The notes below the pieces were generated by a model, which was given only the letters and a program-made list of their open reading frames with translations, was not told the origin of the DNA and made no database searches. Both the position numbers and the translations under genes were made by a program. A DNA stretch of 59,378 nt, counting the filler, from Sphacelaria rigidula (lineage: Eukaryota), in assembly GCA_964200075.2 (NCBI GenBank). It is 4 parts of 4 records of this genome, joined end to end, with 100 filler letters (N's around TTAATTAATTAA, not from the genome) between each part and the next. Parts side by side here need not be neighbours in the genome. Positions count along the whole stretch, not along the records: positions 1 to 14,771 come from CAXNAA020002056.1; 3 more parts are not named here. One strand, 5' to 3'. Shown here one piece after another: positions 1-13,565 of the stretch; the stretch's first letter is position 1; the number at the start of each line of letters is the position of its first letter.

Positions 1-9
1 AAAAAAGAA

Positions 10-41
<32 letters not shown>

Positions 42-74
42 AAAAAAAAAAACCCCCCCCCCCCCCCCCCCCCC
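1..74. repeat. poly-A / poly-C low-complexity contig end
   Basis: A-rich run followed by a C run at the start of contig 1. Confidence 0.9.
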
Positions 75-75
75 T

Positions 76-1379
76 TATCATATGATTTCAGTAAAAAATA
101 ACTCAAACTTGCTCTCAGCTCTTTAGCAGTGCAGAGCCATACGGACTGGTCTTGGGTAGAAATCCAGAATTTAGTCCGGTGCCATTTCTCACACGATTTG
201 GATACGAAACTTGACACACGTGTGCCTCAGGTCGAGGCTAAAGCAAGCCTAAGAAGCTTATGAAAAGGAACGAACGAGCGATAACACGGGTGGCCTCGGG
301 CTTGATCGGAGAGACACGTTTGTGAAATTTCGTGTTCAAGTTCAAAGGGCGTGAGAAATTGAGCAAACGTAAAATCGTTTCCAGCATGTGGGGTCCCTGG
401 GCACTTCGGACGGCGTACGAACCGAAGGAATTGGTTAATCTCACCGAATTCTGTGCACATACTCGCGACCTCGGGCTTACCTTTGGGACCACACGCGTGA
501 AAATGAATTTCTCAACTCTCAACCCGGCGTCCTGCACCGTGCAAAACAAGAAATTGTTCCGAGAAGTTGGGCTCGCCGGGCACCCCCGGCGGCTGATGAC
601 CCCAAGAAATTGGTTCATCCTACCGAACCTCCGAACGACGAAATGCTGGCAACTTCGAGCTTGCCTACAGGAACATACGTGTCGATATTCGTCTCCCAAA
701 TCCTAATAACGACGTATAACATTGTAGGAAACGTTCCAGTGGTTCCGAGAACATGGGGCATACGATGACCCGGAACCCAGGGAACCGGGGAAACCGAGTG
801 GAAGAAAAAATACCGAGACACCGGTGGTCCTGGGGCTTCATTCAGAAGCACGTGTGCAAAAAATGATGCGCTCATCTTTACAAATGACCCAAGATTTACA
901 CCAGACGTGAAATTATTCCGAGAATGCGGGGCATATGACGATCGAGGACCCCCAAGAACCTGGTTAACCGAGCGGAATGAAGGTAGCACCCACACCAGCG
1001 ACCTCAGGCGTGCCTCCAGGAACACGTGTGTGAAATGTCGTCACCCGATTATTGAAGAATACCCTGGGGAATGGAGCGAACGGGAAATTGCTTCGAAATT
1101 GTAGGGCATATCAAGAGCTCGCGGAGAGGGAATCGTATTCCTTCGACAATGAACGACAAGATAAGCGACTCTGCTTCTCTCACCTTGTATCATGGTACCA
1201 TCTCAACTTTTCGCGTGGGCTACTGGATGCGCCGATTGTTCGCGATATACACCAGCTGCCAAAGCATGCGCCGAACGTACGAGGACACGACGGCAAAACA
1301 GCGGCGTAATTGGTTTTCGGAGATTTCATGCACACTATATCCTAGACATTTTGAGACCCTCTGTTTTGGCACGCCCCTA
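76..1379. mobile_element. probable end of a non-autonomous TIR DNA transposon
   Basis: No credible ORF; repeated CCGAG/CTCGG/AAATT motifs; ends in GGCACGCCCCTA, whose reverse complement TAGGGGCGTGCC resembles a hAT terminus. The other end is not visible. Confidence 0.35.
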
Positions 1380-1937
1380 GCGCCCCAGCCTGTACCGTCA
1401 GTAAAAACGCAAATACCGCTGAGTTAACGTGACGTGCAGCCGAACGTTAAAGCACGCTTGAGGTACGTACACCCACGCTGCCTAAAAGCATAGCCAGAGG
1501 GTACCACGTTGCCAGCATACATGACAACAGTAGTAGCGGCAAGGAGGGTGCACCCATGTTTGTCCGATGGAACTGGTGATGAACAGCGAACATGTACTGC
1601 ACCCGGCCTGGTTTCATTAACGACCCGGGAGTTGACAGGCTGGGTCGATTTTGTTTTTCTCTTTATTTATGCCTTCGGGTACAGTAAAATATTATCAGGG
1701 GCGCTGGATGGATACTTCAGCTATTATCTTGCTCTTTTTTCTAGGCCTTGCGAGTTGGTCGTTTCTCTACTTCAAACTGGCAGCTTGTATCAGCACATGT
1801 CCAGCAAAATCTGGCTCAATCCATATAAACGTCGAAATATGCATATTACGATGTTTAGCCCGGAATATGACCACCCATGCGTAGTATTCCTCTGCGATTG
1901 TTGATGGATGTCATCATTCTTTACTGTATGTTCGCAG

Positions 1938-3208
1938 TACATATGGCCGTCAGCGGGACGGGCAAAGCTACACACCAGGATGATGTGGCAGGACGATGGC
2001 GAGTTAAGGGCGATGAGTTCTCTCTTACTGTGGACCGCAAGTCCAAATCCAGGATGCTGGAAGACCTGAGGTACGATACGTATAACTTATAGCTACAGAC
2101 AGTACGAGTGTACATACCCTTTCAATTTATTATCGCGAGACAGACAAGAAACCGTAATACACCTCGACAGTGTTGTTGCCCTGTTCGTGTGTTGGTTTCT
2201 ATGTCGACCTATGGCCTCCGTCATGCGGCGCAAATTACAGTCGTGTATTGTGGAGAATGACGTCGTTCAACGCTGCGGTTTGCGGCAGCTGCCTGTAGTC
2301 TTGATCACGTGCCGTCGATTGCTAGGTGAGGGGGGTAGAGAGGGTCGTCATTTATGCCTGCTGTACGAGAGTAAGGAGTCATTCAAATAAATGATTTACG
2401 ACACAACAAAAGGATGGTTCGAAAAAAGTAGTAGATCATTTCATGGGTTCGGTCCTGGTTCGTAGTACTCCCACACTGGTCGATATTGTTCATGTCGCAT
2501 GTACTCAACACGAGCCCTCCTGGTGTTTTCCGTTCTACCCGCTTCCTCAATATGTATCCGTATACACTCGAAGGTACGTCGGCGTATTAAAGAAGTGGAA
2601 GTCCTCGATCGAAGGGTGCGTGATCGAAGGACAGATGGACCCCGCCGTGGTAGGAAAGTTTAAAATGACCCCGCTCGTGACGTCAATGGCCGAGGATCTC
2701 AAAGCAGCGGTGGAGGCCAGCGGCGTAGTGAGTACTAGCTGCAGTACTCTTCCATTAGAGAGGTTATGTCGGATAGAGTATTCGCAGCCTGATACTGTCT
2801 CAGTTGATCTCCAAGCTGCGAATTTCTGTTGCTACCCTGCCGCTGTACACAGTCTACTTCTTTTCACCCGAGGATCAAACCAGAGCACTCTTCCCATGAC
2901 ACCCGTGCGTTGTCGTTCACACAAACCATACCCTGTACTTTCCGCTGAATATTGTGTTTTCCCCCCTCCGGTCTGTCGGGATTCTTTTTCGGCCTCCACC
3001 TCTTTCGTCTCTACCCGACGCAACAGCAAACTACATACGTCGTCCCCAAGTATTCTAAGGCTGCCATAGCAGGCGACTGGGTGTTCATATGGCAGAACAC
3101 CGGCGCAGTGTTCCGGCTGCGGCTGGCGGATGACGGCATGTTCGAGAGCATTCCCGGTATTGGTAGTGGTCAGCTGGGGGGGAGATGGAACACGTGGGAC
3201 GCGGATAG
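1938..3208 (+). CDS. three internal exons (1938-2070, 2574-2727, 3027-3208) of an uncharacterised protein with an apparent internally repeated beta-rich domain
   Basis: AG/GT-bounded exons with compatible phases give a stop-free peptide: HMAVSGTGKATHQDDVAGRWRVKGDEFSLTVDRKSKSRMLEDLR/YVGVLKKWKSSIEGCVIEGQMDPAVVGKFKMTPLVTSMAEDLKAAVEASGV/QTTYVVPKYSKAAIAGDWVFIWQNTGAVFRLRLADDGMFESIPGIGSGQLGGRWNTWDAD. Start and stop exons not identified. Confidence 0.75.
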
Positions 3209-3532
3209 GTGGGTGTTCGTTACGCGTACAGGTAGCACTAGGGGGTGTTGCGGTAGCAGAATTTTGCTGTGGCCGCGCGGCTGGAGTGTCATCATGCGTG
3301 TTTGATTCAATTGTGAAGGGGCGTCCGAGTTTTCAATAAATAGATAGATGAATAAGTCTGGTTCTTCTAGTGTATGAAGGAGCCTCTGAAGAGTTGTCCT
3401 GACAACCAGAGCTGGACTCCCTTCGATGGGGCGATGGAAAGTGTGCAATATATCTGATGGAGATATTCCTTGTTCTGGGGCCCAAAAACCATGTCGAATG
3501 TCCCAAAAGTGGAACCCCCTCCCCTCCCCGGA

Positions 3533-3808
3533 AAAAATACCAACAGCAAGAATCGGCCTTACTTCGGAGGGGGGGGGGGTGTTGATTTTTTTAATGCGAG
3601 GGTACGTCATCTGACCATGCACTCATTTTTCAAGTAAAAACGAAGCTGATTCAATGGACGACCTACGCTCGCAAAAATACCAACTGCAAGAATCAGCCTT
3701 ATTTTGGGGGGGGAGTGTTCACTTTTTGAATGCGAGGGCACGCCATCTGGCCATGCACTCATTTTTCAAGTAAAAACGAAGCTGATTCAACAGACGACCT
3801 ACGCTCGC
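3533..3808. repeat. imperfect tandem duplication of ~140 bp
   Basis: AAAAATACCAAC...GACGACCTACGCTCGC occurs twice in succession (~3533-3672 and ~3673-3808). Confidence 0.85.
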
Positions 3809-4289
3809 GGTCACATTGCCCGCCAGGGTAAGTCATCTGTTGAATCGGCACCATTTTCACTTGAGAAAATGCCGAAAATAGTACCGATTCCACGAGTGGA
3901 CACCTCCAGCGCTAACGGGTTTAATGGTGAGGCCCATCATCCCGTAAGCTCCTTCTACCGAACATGTATATTCCGTTCTTTGCAGTCGACTCCGTGATGG
4001 TCAGCTGTGACCGGTCGGTACCAGTGTTGAAGGTCTAAAAGGGAACAAGTATCCGCATACGTTCGCCGCGTCTTGACCCTTAGACAGAGACCCGCCCCCC
4101 TAAGGTGGACTGAGATGGACCAGGCCACGTTTGGGGTTCAGGACAGCTCTTTTCTAGCTACACGAAACGCCTTTTTTCCATAATCATGTGGATGTTGGGC
4201 ATCTATATAGAAGAACCTCCTCGAGAGCCCCTGACCGGTTTTGACCGTGCAGTCTGTTGCGTCCTGAGTCAGTAGTGTTTGTGCGGTAT

Positions 4290-4822
4290 GTCTCCGCTGG
4301 ATACAACAGTGAAAAATAGTCAGCGTCCCATCGCTCTCCACTGAACACGGTCTATTGCATGCTGCTGATGTCTCTGCTTGGTGTTCCACAACAACACTGC
4401 AGACAGTGTGAAGCTATGCTGGCAACACATGAGGCGTCAGGCAGGCGGCACAGACCATGAGCAGAGCAAAGAGCACGCTGTTCGTGTCCATGACATATAT
4501 GGTTGAATCATCATGACCGAAATGAAAAACACGGCTAGGCAGCGAAGTAGTCCACCTGTAGTCTACCTGTGGGGGGAAAAAGTGATCATTTTGATAGCCG
4601 TGGTCGATCAGAAAGCTCACTGCGCTCCTCTCGGGCCTCGTTCCTGGCTTGTCAGTTTCCCTGGGAAACTTGCATACACACGTGGTTGACTGGGTGAACT
4701 TTTCGGCTGTTCTACGAACACCCCCCCCCCCCCCCCCCCTGGTAACCCCTGGATGTCCCTGGATTGTCAGCCTGTGAAACTGTTCCGAGGCGATGCTCGC
4801 TGCCTAAGGGTTAACCCGTAGA
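4290..4822. repeat. dispersed repeat fragments
   Basis: 4290-4442 resembles 11870-12032 (direct); 4620-4822 resembles the reverse complement of 13065-13290 (shared GTCCCTGGA.TGTCAGCCTGTGAAACTGTT core). Confidence 0.7.
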
Positions 4823-4839
4823 CGGCGATTACTCCGCAT

Positions 4840-6898
4840 GTGGACTAGAGATGAAGTAAAGGAGTGCGTAGCTGAACTCAAGAACAAAAAGGCAGCAGGG
4901 GCAAACAAAATGATGAAAGAATTTCTGAAGCATGGGGGGGAAGGATGATTATCATGATGGTTATGCTATATAACTGGACATGACAAAACGAGTACACACC
5001 CAAGAGGTGGATAGAAGGAGTAGTAGTCGATTTTTTTTTTCAAGGAGACAAGGCTGACCTAGGGAACATTAGAGGGATGACACTACTGAGCACGGTAGGG
5101 AAAGCATTCTGTAAGATTCTGAACGATAAGAGTAGGAACGATGCTAGAAAAGGAAGAGAAAGTCAGCGAGGGATGAGCAGGTTTCAGACCAAACCACAGT
5201 TGCGTAGATCATGTGTACACACTAAGTAAGATTATTCAAGGTCGGAAAGACGCCGGGTTGACAACGTACTGTTTTGTTCTGAACGTGCAAAAGGATTATG
5301 ACACCGTATGAAAAAATGGACTGTGGTGAAGTTGTGGGAAACTGGGATCAGAGGGAAGATGTGGAGAATGGTGAAGGAGATAACAATGTGCCAAAAGTGC
5401 CAGGATGCTAGACGGGGAAATATCGAAATATTTTGATATTTTACAAGGAGTTGCACAAGGATGCACGTTACCACCCACTTTATTCAAGGTATCCATTAAT
5501 GACTTGATACTAGCAATAGACGCAGCAAAGCAAGGAGTCAAGGTGGGTGAAGATATGACATCAGGATTGATGTTCGCAGATGATTTCGTGGGGGTATCAG
5601 GGACAGCGGAAGGATTGCAAAACCAGATAGAGAAGGCGCTAGAATACACTCGCAAATGGACAGTGACAGCGAATGTCAACAAATGCGCGATACTCCTCTG
5701 TAACGGAGATGGAAAAAAATCCGGTAGAGTTCAAGTGGAAATGGGGAGAAGAGGAATTGCCGATCGTAGACCAGTATCCATACGTTGGCGTAGAGATATC
5801 AAAACACTATTCTTGGGATGCACACATGAATAAAGTAATGGAAAAGGGTAAGACACGGATAGGAAGGATGGACGTGATCCTCGCATCTAGACAGTAGGAT
5901 TAAGAGATGTATCCTGATGAACATGATCCTGCCAAAGCTGGAATATGCAGGAGAAGTGTGGGAGGGGAACGTTAAATTGGTGAAGAAGTTAGAAACAGTA
6001 CAGATGGCAGCAGCTAAAAAGATACTCGGATGCTCGAAAACGACGAATAATACAGCACTCAGAGCAGAGTTGGGAATGTACTCACTTGAAACAAACAGAG
6101 ACATGAGGAAATTGAGATAGCAATATAGCGTGAAGAACATGCAGATAAGGAGACTGCCAGCTATAGTTGATAAGGCTATATGGAGGAAAAGTACGAAAGG
6201 GCATGCTATAAGGTGGGATAGAGAAGTCGAGAAAGTATGGGAAGAGATGAGAGGAAATCAAGACGAAATACAGCCCATAGATGAAGGCACGGGATACAAG
6301 ACGAACATAGGAGACATGACAGACATACGGGAAAACGGAGCGCTCAGACGCAAGGTAGACAACGAAGAACACCTGGAGATATACGGGGGGTTGAGAGAGG
6401 GGATCAGAATAAAAACATATTTGCATGGCCCGATGGGCGCTGCGAAAAATATGAAACTGCGATTTCGGGTGGGGGACTTCGACCTGCCAGAACAAAGAAA
6501 GAGATTTACCAGTAGTCGAAAAGAGGAGGAAGTAGATGGACAAGACTGCCTCTGTGGCAAAGCAATAGAGAGCGGAAGTCATATTGTGGCAGAATGTGAA
6601 CTATGCAAGGAGTAACGGGACGTGCTAGAAGGGGAAATGCGGAACGTGAACGAGGGTGGCATGAAATCGTTTGATGCATGAGACAGTAGGGAGAAAACGA
6701 TGGCTAGACTATACTAGGAGATGGATGGTGGCCACAAACGGCGAAACAGGACGGGGATAAGATACGTAAAAGGTTTTTGAGCAATGTATGGAAGAAACGT
6801 AATGAGCGCCGGAATGTTGGAGGTGTCTCTATGAGAAGTAGGACCGGTGCTGCGTCTCGCAAGACATGCGTGGTGAATGGCCAAACTACTACAGGCTG
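4840..6898 (+). mobile_element. 5'-truncated, degenerate non-LTR retrotransposon (LINE), RT to C-terminus
   Basis: Fragmented ORF2 with GVAQGCTLPPTLF, LMFADD, PKLEYAGEVW and a C-terminal CLCG...ES.SHIVAEC zinc knuckle; many stops and frameshifts; colinear with the copy at 47500-57830. Confidence 0.92.
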
Positions 6899-6924
6899 GT
6901 TCACGTTTATCACCCAAAAAACAA

Positions 6925-8270
6925 TCATCGGCAAAACCTCACGCCGTTTCAAGGAGTTGGACCCTGAAATTTTACACGAATGTTGTGGATAATTACGCAA
7001 CTTTCGAAGGTCGAGGTTTTTTTACTTTCTGACTTTTTCCACCGCTTTTCGGGGGTCCCAGTTATTTTTGGGGGGGGAAACCTCGACCCAATCGGACCCC
7101 CGTAAAACGGCAACAAAAACAAGGATAAAAAAAACCTCGTCCATCCAAAGTTGCGTAATGTCCCAAAGCACAGGTGTGCAAAATTTCAGGGTCTAACTCT
7201 TTAAAACGGCGTGAGGTTTCTGGCCTTTGTGCGATGAAGTTTGCCGTACCGCGGTGAAACCGCAAAGTACTTGATTTTAGTAACAAAACGGCGTTTTTGG
7301 GCCTTCTTTGACGTGAACATGGAAATTCAAGCATCAGTTGATCGAGTTTTGCAACGAAAAATTGTGAAGCCCATCCTTGCGGTATGCTGAGGCAGGTAGT
7401 TCGCGAAAAAATGAAAAAAAGTCTCGTAGTGTGGTTTTCAGTAGTCCCAGAATGGAGACTACTTCGAAAAACGACTACGCTCCCGTCGGACCCCCAAAAA
7501 ACGGTAAAAAACTCAAGAAGTACAACAAACATCGTCCGTAGAAGGTTGCGTGATGATACATAGCATATTTATGCAAAGTTTCAGGATCTAACTCCTAATG
7601 ACAGCGTGAACGTTTGCGCGTTTGTGGAGGACGTGGGCTTGAAACGTGCAACTCCTGACTACTTGGGTTTAGTATGTAAACGTCTTTTGGGGTGAAGTTT
7701 GACGTCAAGGCAAGAAACAACGTATGAGGTTTTCGAGTTTCTCCACCAAACTTTGTACATGTGTTCCTTAGACTCTCCCGGGACGCATCATTTCATTATT
7801 TTTCTGTTGGGGCATTCTGTACCGCCTTCCGGGGGTCTTCATGCTGGGACCCCCGGAAGCCGTTAGATAACGGAGAAACCAAGATATTTAGTCAAGAATA
7901 CAATGCTTCCATTTTGAGCATCAATACCTACGGAACTGCCGAGTTTGAGGGCGATCTGAGCTCTTCTAAAACAGATATAGGGGACACCGCCACGAGGCTC
8001 CCTGGGTCTTTCGTGCGTATCATGAGTGGAAATGAGACGACGCCAAGACCCGACATCACCGAAACATCACGGTTTCGGGCATAATTCGACCCCCGTAGTA
8101 ACCTTTTTAAGGATATGATTTTCTCGTTAGATTCCCGTGTCGATGACGGTTACTACGATTTGAAGCATGTAGAGATTGGGTGGAAATTGGGCTTGGTATT
8201 CGTAGTTTACATCTCGGAACAGTTTGAAGGGCATTGATTGACTGAGACATTTTCGTCCATAGCACCACCG
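6925..8270. repeat. palindrome-rich non-coding transposon-derived repeat
   Basis: 6931-7020 is an imperfect inverted copy of 7135-7225 (both strands translate to TSRRFKELDPEILH), with a third diverged unit near 7530-7620. Confidence 0.65.
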
Positions 8271-8566
8271 CTACGGCCTTAAACAAGAATCCGGCTATGC
8301 CGTCCTCTTCGGCTCTTCATTGCGGTTAGTATGATACGATATATGCGACTATTGGGTGCGTATTGCGGAAGGCATTTGCTGATGACACAATTTTGGGTGA
8401 TCACCGTGAACCAGCTTGTAGTCGCAATAGTCCTATACTCTATGCTGTACGTTTCTTGTCTAATGCAACTATTGACCACATATTGTCCAAGCTATGAAAA
8501 ATTCCAAGGGCAGGTCGAGTAGAGTAACTCAATCGCGGAGTATTTGGAAAGACGTACTATGAATGC

Positions 8567-8883
8567 TGGTCTCGTAACCTTCTGGTGGTTGAGTTGTGGT
8601 GTTCGATTCCCGGAGCGATCTGGGATTTTTTCTTCCACTATGCACAACAGTGGAGAGCGACTATGTCGTGGGGAAGGGACTGCTGAACCCCTCTCGCGAT
8701 AAAATAAATGAATAAAGGCAAGCACCGCAGAAGGAAGGTGGGGTACTAAAACAAATAAAAAGAAAAAGCTCCTGTGTTTACCTTCCTCCTGTGTGACCCC
8801 GGCTGGTGCGCCCACATATCCCGAAAGGGGTAGACTGCCCCCCAGAATAAATGGGACGACAACACAACACAAGACACACACAC
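8567..8883 (+). mobile_element. SINE-like element, copy 1
   Basis: B-box GTTCGATTC; body GACTGCTGAACC...GGCAAGCACCGC.GAAGGAAG..GG; tail AATAAATGGGACGACAA followed by (CA)n; homologous to 26448-26805 and 44788-45035. Confidence 0.8.
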
Positions 8884-9075
8884 TCAAGGTACTCGAATTA
8901 GGATACAGTGTTGGGAGTCGTACCCAAAAAATAACTGGAAAGCGACCCCTGAAACCCTAGCCCCAATTCGTGAACTTCGAGTACGACTTTTGAAATACCC
9001 CGCAATTGAGTATACTCTACTCGACCTGCCTTTGAAAAATTTGGTTCGCCCCCTTGTTACTCGCAAGCGCGCCAT

Positions 9076-9620
9076 TAGGGTGTTTGCGGAGACCAAAATC
9101 GGGTCCGGTCTTGAAGTCCAGAGCAAGACCGGAATGCCACCCAATTTCGGTTCAACAACTAGGTTTTATTTAAAGACCCCATCGACTTGAATGACGTGAA
9201 GACCAAAGTTGGGTCTTGGGCTCGGGCTTTCCTATTGGTCAACGATCCCAAGTCCGTATTACGGTAACGATTACTCTGCTCCGGGGGGCATATTTGCCCC
9301 CGAAGTCCGCAGCCAAGAGACCATTCTGGTCTTCACTCGGTTTGGTCTTTTAGATGTTCATGCTATTGGTCAACAGACCCGAAGGGTTTTCCGTCCTTTC
9401 GGCACATACTACACCAGCTCTATTATCACGCGTAGGGCGTACACCAGACCATACGCCGAAGACGGTTGGTGTGACATTGGTGTTCTCATGAAGTCAGCCC
9501 AGCAGCATTTGCACAAAGAAAGAGTGTTGAGCACAGTTTGGCACTGACAGCGAGTAACACGAACAACATGACACAGACGTGACGTGTATCCGGCTTGTAT
9601 GTAAGTTCAGAGAAGAAGGA
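9076..9620. mobile_element. TIR-element arm; inverted homologue at 12090-12467
   Basis: Begins TAGGGTGTTTGCGGAGACCAAA, and 12446-12467 reads TTTGGTCTTCGCAAACACCGTA. Internal blocks 9490-9600 and 12105-12200 are also inverted homologues. No TSD found. Confidence 0.6.
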
Positions 9621-9653
9621 AGCGAGCATGCGATACAGCAGGACACGTTTTTC

Positions 9654-10514
9654 GGCTCACCTCCCACAGATAAGGCTAAGTCGAGGTGAATTGAAAGATT
9701 TTCGCGCAAACCGCCATCATGGCCGGGCGTTTAAAAATCGGCCCTCGGCAAAAATGAAGGACCCATCTGAAATGAGGGGAAGACCTATCACACTGGACAT
9801 GTGCTGTTTCACCGTGCTACAACACAAACATACTCACGCTCTCTCTCATGTGCTGTAGCTGTTACTGTGCTGTGGTGTGTCTGGACCTTTGCGATGACGG
9901 TTCGATCTCCGCTGGGACTGCCTAAGTTGCCTCACTGTCACTCACTGCCTTGGTCCTTACAGAAAATGAGCGAAATTATGTTTTTCGGCACGCAGTGCTG
10001 TATACAGACTACTGTCGGTGTTGACTGTTTCGTCTCACGTCAAACCAACAGGGCGCTTTCCACACCCATCATTTTTATGTTGTATTTAGTCGTCGCTGTA
10101 CTGTTGTGTATTCAAGCACTCTACGACAAACATGGCGTAATGTGCGCTGGAGAGGGCCTGAACAGTTGTACTGCTGCGTACACAAAGTTCAAACGAATAC
10201 GTGACGACTGTCTGTGCAGCTGGTCTTTGAAAGTTCAGTTGTAGTCGGGTGCTGTGATCAGAAAGGACACGCAAGGCGGACGCGTGCAGGTTGAGGCAAT
10301 CAAACTGAGCCAGCACGGAGCTGCTGTATCCCAAGCGTTTATGGTAGCAGCTGTCTGCCTTGATGTCCCATGTGATTTATTTCCCTTATTTCAGACGGGT
10401 CCTCCTTTTTCGACGAGTACCGATTTTTAAACGCTCGGCGATGATCGCGCTCCGCGCAAAAATCTTGTAACTCACCTCGAGTCACCCCTATCTGTGGGAG
10501 GTGCAGGGTGAGCC
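9654..10514. mobile_element. MITE with long (~150 bp) imperfect TIRs; truncated second copy at ~11145-11640
   Basis: GGCTCACCTCCCACAGATA at 9654 and TATCTGTGGGAGGTG...GAGCC ending at 10514, with inverted similarity extending inward; the same terminus and interior recur from 11145. Confidence 0.75.
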
Positions 10515-12804
10515 AGACTTTCAGACAGTCGTACAGAGGTTTATCAGTACTTTCTGAAAACGTTGGACGGTGTTACCCAAGGTCGGCCTCCCGAGCAGTG
10601 CGTGCTCCGTTGTGCTGGACAGTGTTGGAGAGTTGGTAGGTGCATAGCGATTGACGATTGAAGCTATGCCGAGAGCAGAAAGCGGCGCGGATCTGCTGTA
10701 GTCGCCCCCACAAGCCAGTTGAAGTACGACAATCAATCAATCAATCAAAGCCGGCGAAGGAAAGCATATCACAAGGTCATGGCGCACCCTCGACAGTACT
10801 GTAGACTGCATGAATAGAAGTGTACTGCGTACAGTGCAGGAGCGGAAAGACTGTTTCTCAGGTACGCGGTACACTTTTTTTTCCCGATGTGGGCTGTTGG
10901 CCAGGGTGTCTCGTTTTTGAAAGCCACAACCTCGGGAGTTGCTCAAGTCTCAGAAGTAGTCAGCAAACTTTATATGTAGTCGCATGTCACTGTAAGCACT
11001 TTGAGGATCCAAAAACAATCAATCGCCGCTGTGTTGACAACTGCGGTTTCACGTTGTTCGTGCTAATCGCTGTTGTGTACAGTCAGTACTGTCTGTTTGG
11101 CTGTACTCCAGTCAGCTAATTATCGGCTCACCTCCCACAGATAGGTATAACCCAAAGTGAAGATAAATTATTTTGGCGCGAAGCACCAATAGCACCGATA
11201 TGGCCCATCCGAACTCAGGGGAACACCTATCGCGTGGGACATGTCCTGTATCACTGTGCCGCAGCACAAACACACTCATGTGCTGTCTCTTGTGCCGCAG
11301 CTGTAGCTGCGCTGTGGTGTCTGCATGCCTTCTTGAAGACGGTTTGGTTTCCGCTTGGACTGACCGCCGGAGGAGCTTTATTACTGTCATGGTGTTCGCC
11401 TCTTCGAAAAATAATGCTGTCGACACCCAGTGCTCTCTACACTCTGTTGAAACCTTCATAGCGTGTGAGCTATTTCGTCTCGAGTCAAACGAACAAGGCG
11501 CTTCCCAAACCCATCATTTATATGCTGTAATTGTCGCTGTGCTGTTGCGCATCTCAACACTCTACGACGATCACGGTGCGATGTGCGCTGGAGAGTGCCT
11601 AAACACTTGTAGTGCTGCGTGCTGTGTTTCGGTCTGGAAATAAATGGGGTAGGATCTGGGTACTGTATTTATCGCCCTTTGGAGGAATCATACTTTGTTC
11701 GGGACTGAACACGGATAATCATACACTTTACATCACGACCTACTGTCTGTTACCTCGAGTTCACCTGAACGCTCCGCAAATGTAGAGAAAATACTGAAGG
11801 GGAAACCCTGACGAACTTACACCCACCCGCACTCGAGCGCGGACGAAGGCAGCATGTATCAGATTCTTGTAGGTTACGGTGTATTTTCGCTTGACTCAGC
11901 GGCAAGGAACAGTCAGCGTGCATCGTTTTTCACGGAGCACAGTCTACTGCACGCTACTGGTGTCTCCGCTTATTGTTCCACAACGACACTACAGTAGTGT
12001 GAAGCTATATTGGCAACGCAAGAGGGATCAGGTGCCCATGTGATTCATGACTTGTGCAAACTTGTGATCAAAATGAGTCTCCTACTGTAGTCTGCAACAA
12101 CTTCTGTGCAAACCGGATACACGTCACGTCAATCGCTGTCTGTGTCAAGTTGTGCTCAACATACTATTTCTTTGTGCGTATGTTGCTGTGCTGGCTTCGA
12201 GAAGTCCACTGCCACACCATCACCCGTTCATCCGCCATGTTCTGGGCGTGTGCCTTGGTGTTTGCGCAAGCAGCGAGGTGGCTGGTGTGGTGTGTGTTGT
12301 GGGGAGGACAGTTGCACGTTACACGTCACGCCTGTTGGCCAATAGCGTCTCCTAATAAAAGTCCAAACCGAGCGAAACGCAACCATCGGACTTTGGACTA
12401 ACTTTGGACTTCGGGGGAATTCCAAAGTCCAAGTCCTGACCCGAATTTGGTCTTCGCAAACACCGTATTGTCGGAGTTGCACGGATATTATTGCTGTTCC
12501 TGTATTAATATTCCGAAGATTACCCCGAAGAACATAATGTGTTCGCATTTCGTCGAAAAACAACGACGGATATTCAAAGTGGCGCAACTCAAGTGTGTGA
12601 ATGCCTCTCGTATTATTTACGCTGTGCTCTCACGCTTCGATCGCGCCTTCTTGTCTGCTTATGTACATTGTTGGTGTGTTGGACTTGACCTTCCCCATCT
12701 CCCTGCTCCCACACACTCGTGAAAAACGCGTTCGTTTCTCAATATGTTGCGCGCCGACTGCGGCATGAAAATAGTGTACCGTCGTGGCATTCAATCCTCA
12801 AAAG

Positions 12805-13057
12805 ACGTCGTCGAGTCCAAATGAACGGGGAGGCATCATTGGCGAAGAGGAGGAAGCGATTGTGGCGGGGCCCTTCGACTTTGAGGTGACGGTGAAGTAT
12901 GTGCGACGAGAAATTCGAGCCTTGACGGATCAGGACCGAGAGATGTTTTTCAATGCTGTCTCTGTTCTGCAGCGCGTCCCCAGCTCCGTGGGGCAGCAGG
13001 TCTACGGTGAAAATTACTACAGCAAGGACTACTTCAATAGGCTTCACTTGTACTACG
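12805..13057 (+). CDS. internal exon of a tyrosinase / type-3 copper protein-like gene
   Basis: VKYVRREIRALTDQDREMFFNAVSVLQ...YGENYYSKDYFNRLHLYY matches the tyrosinase N-terminal VRRE..L...R..F..A motif leading to the first CuA His; donor G|GTGAG at 13057/13058; acceptor AAAG at 12801-12804 is less certain. Confidence 0.8.
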
Positions 13058-13565
13058 GTGAGAGGGGTTTGCCCTTTGGATAGCGAGCGTTTCCCCTTAA
13101 CAACAGTTTCACAGGCTGACAGTCCAGGGACATCAGGGTGTTTCCCGGGGGCAGAGGGGTGGTTTCCGACAGGGGGTGGGGGCCTGCTCGCAGCACAGCC
13201 AAAAAGCTCACCGAGGCAACGATATCTATTTGAAAGTTTCCCACGGAAAGTTGGAAGGCAGGAAGGAGCTCCGAAAGGAGCGCATTGACTATGCTGAAGA
13301 ACCACCGCTACCAAAACTGTCACTTCGTCCCCCGACAGGTTGAATTGACTACTTTGCTGTCGAGCTGTATTTAACAACGTTTTCGTGAGATACAGAGTAG
13401 AGCGCTGATTCGAGAGTGGCTTTGATTATTCGCTTTAGCTTGGCCATTTTTTCATTTCGTGTGTGCTTCTATTTGCCTCCTATCACTAGCGTGTACTTAC
13501 AGCTACCCGCAAATAAAACCTAGTTGGGGGTATCAAGGGCCTCAGTGTCAAGCTACTACAGGAAG

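Noticed and set aside
9076-12467. Single 3.4-kb foldback element bounded by the inverted arms
   Set aside because: The arms are quite diverged and the flanks (CGCGCCAT vs TTGTCGGA) show no TSD; two independent copies explain it equally well.
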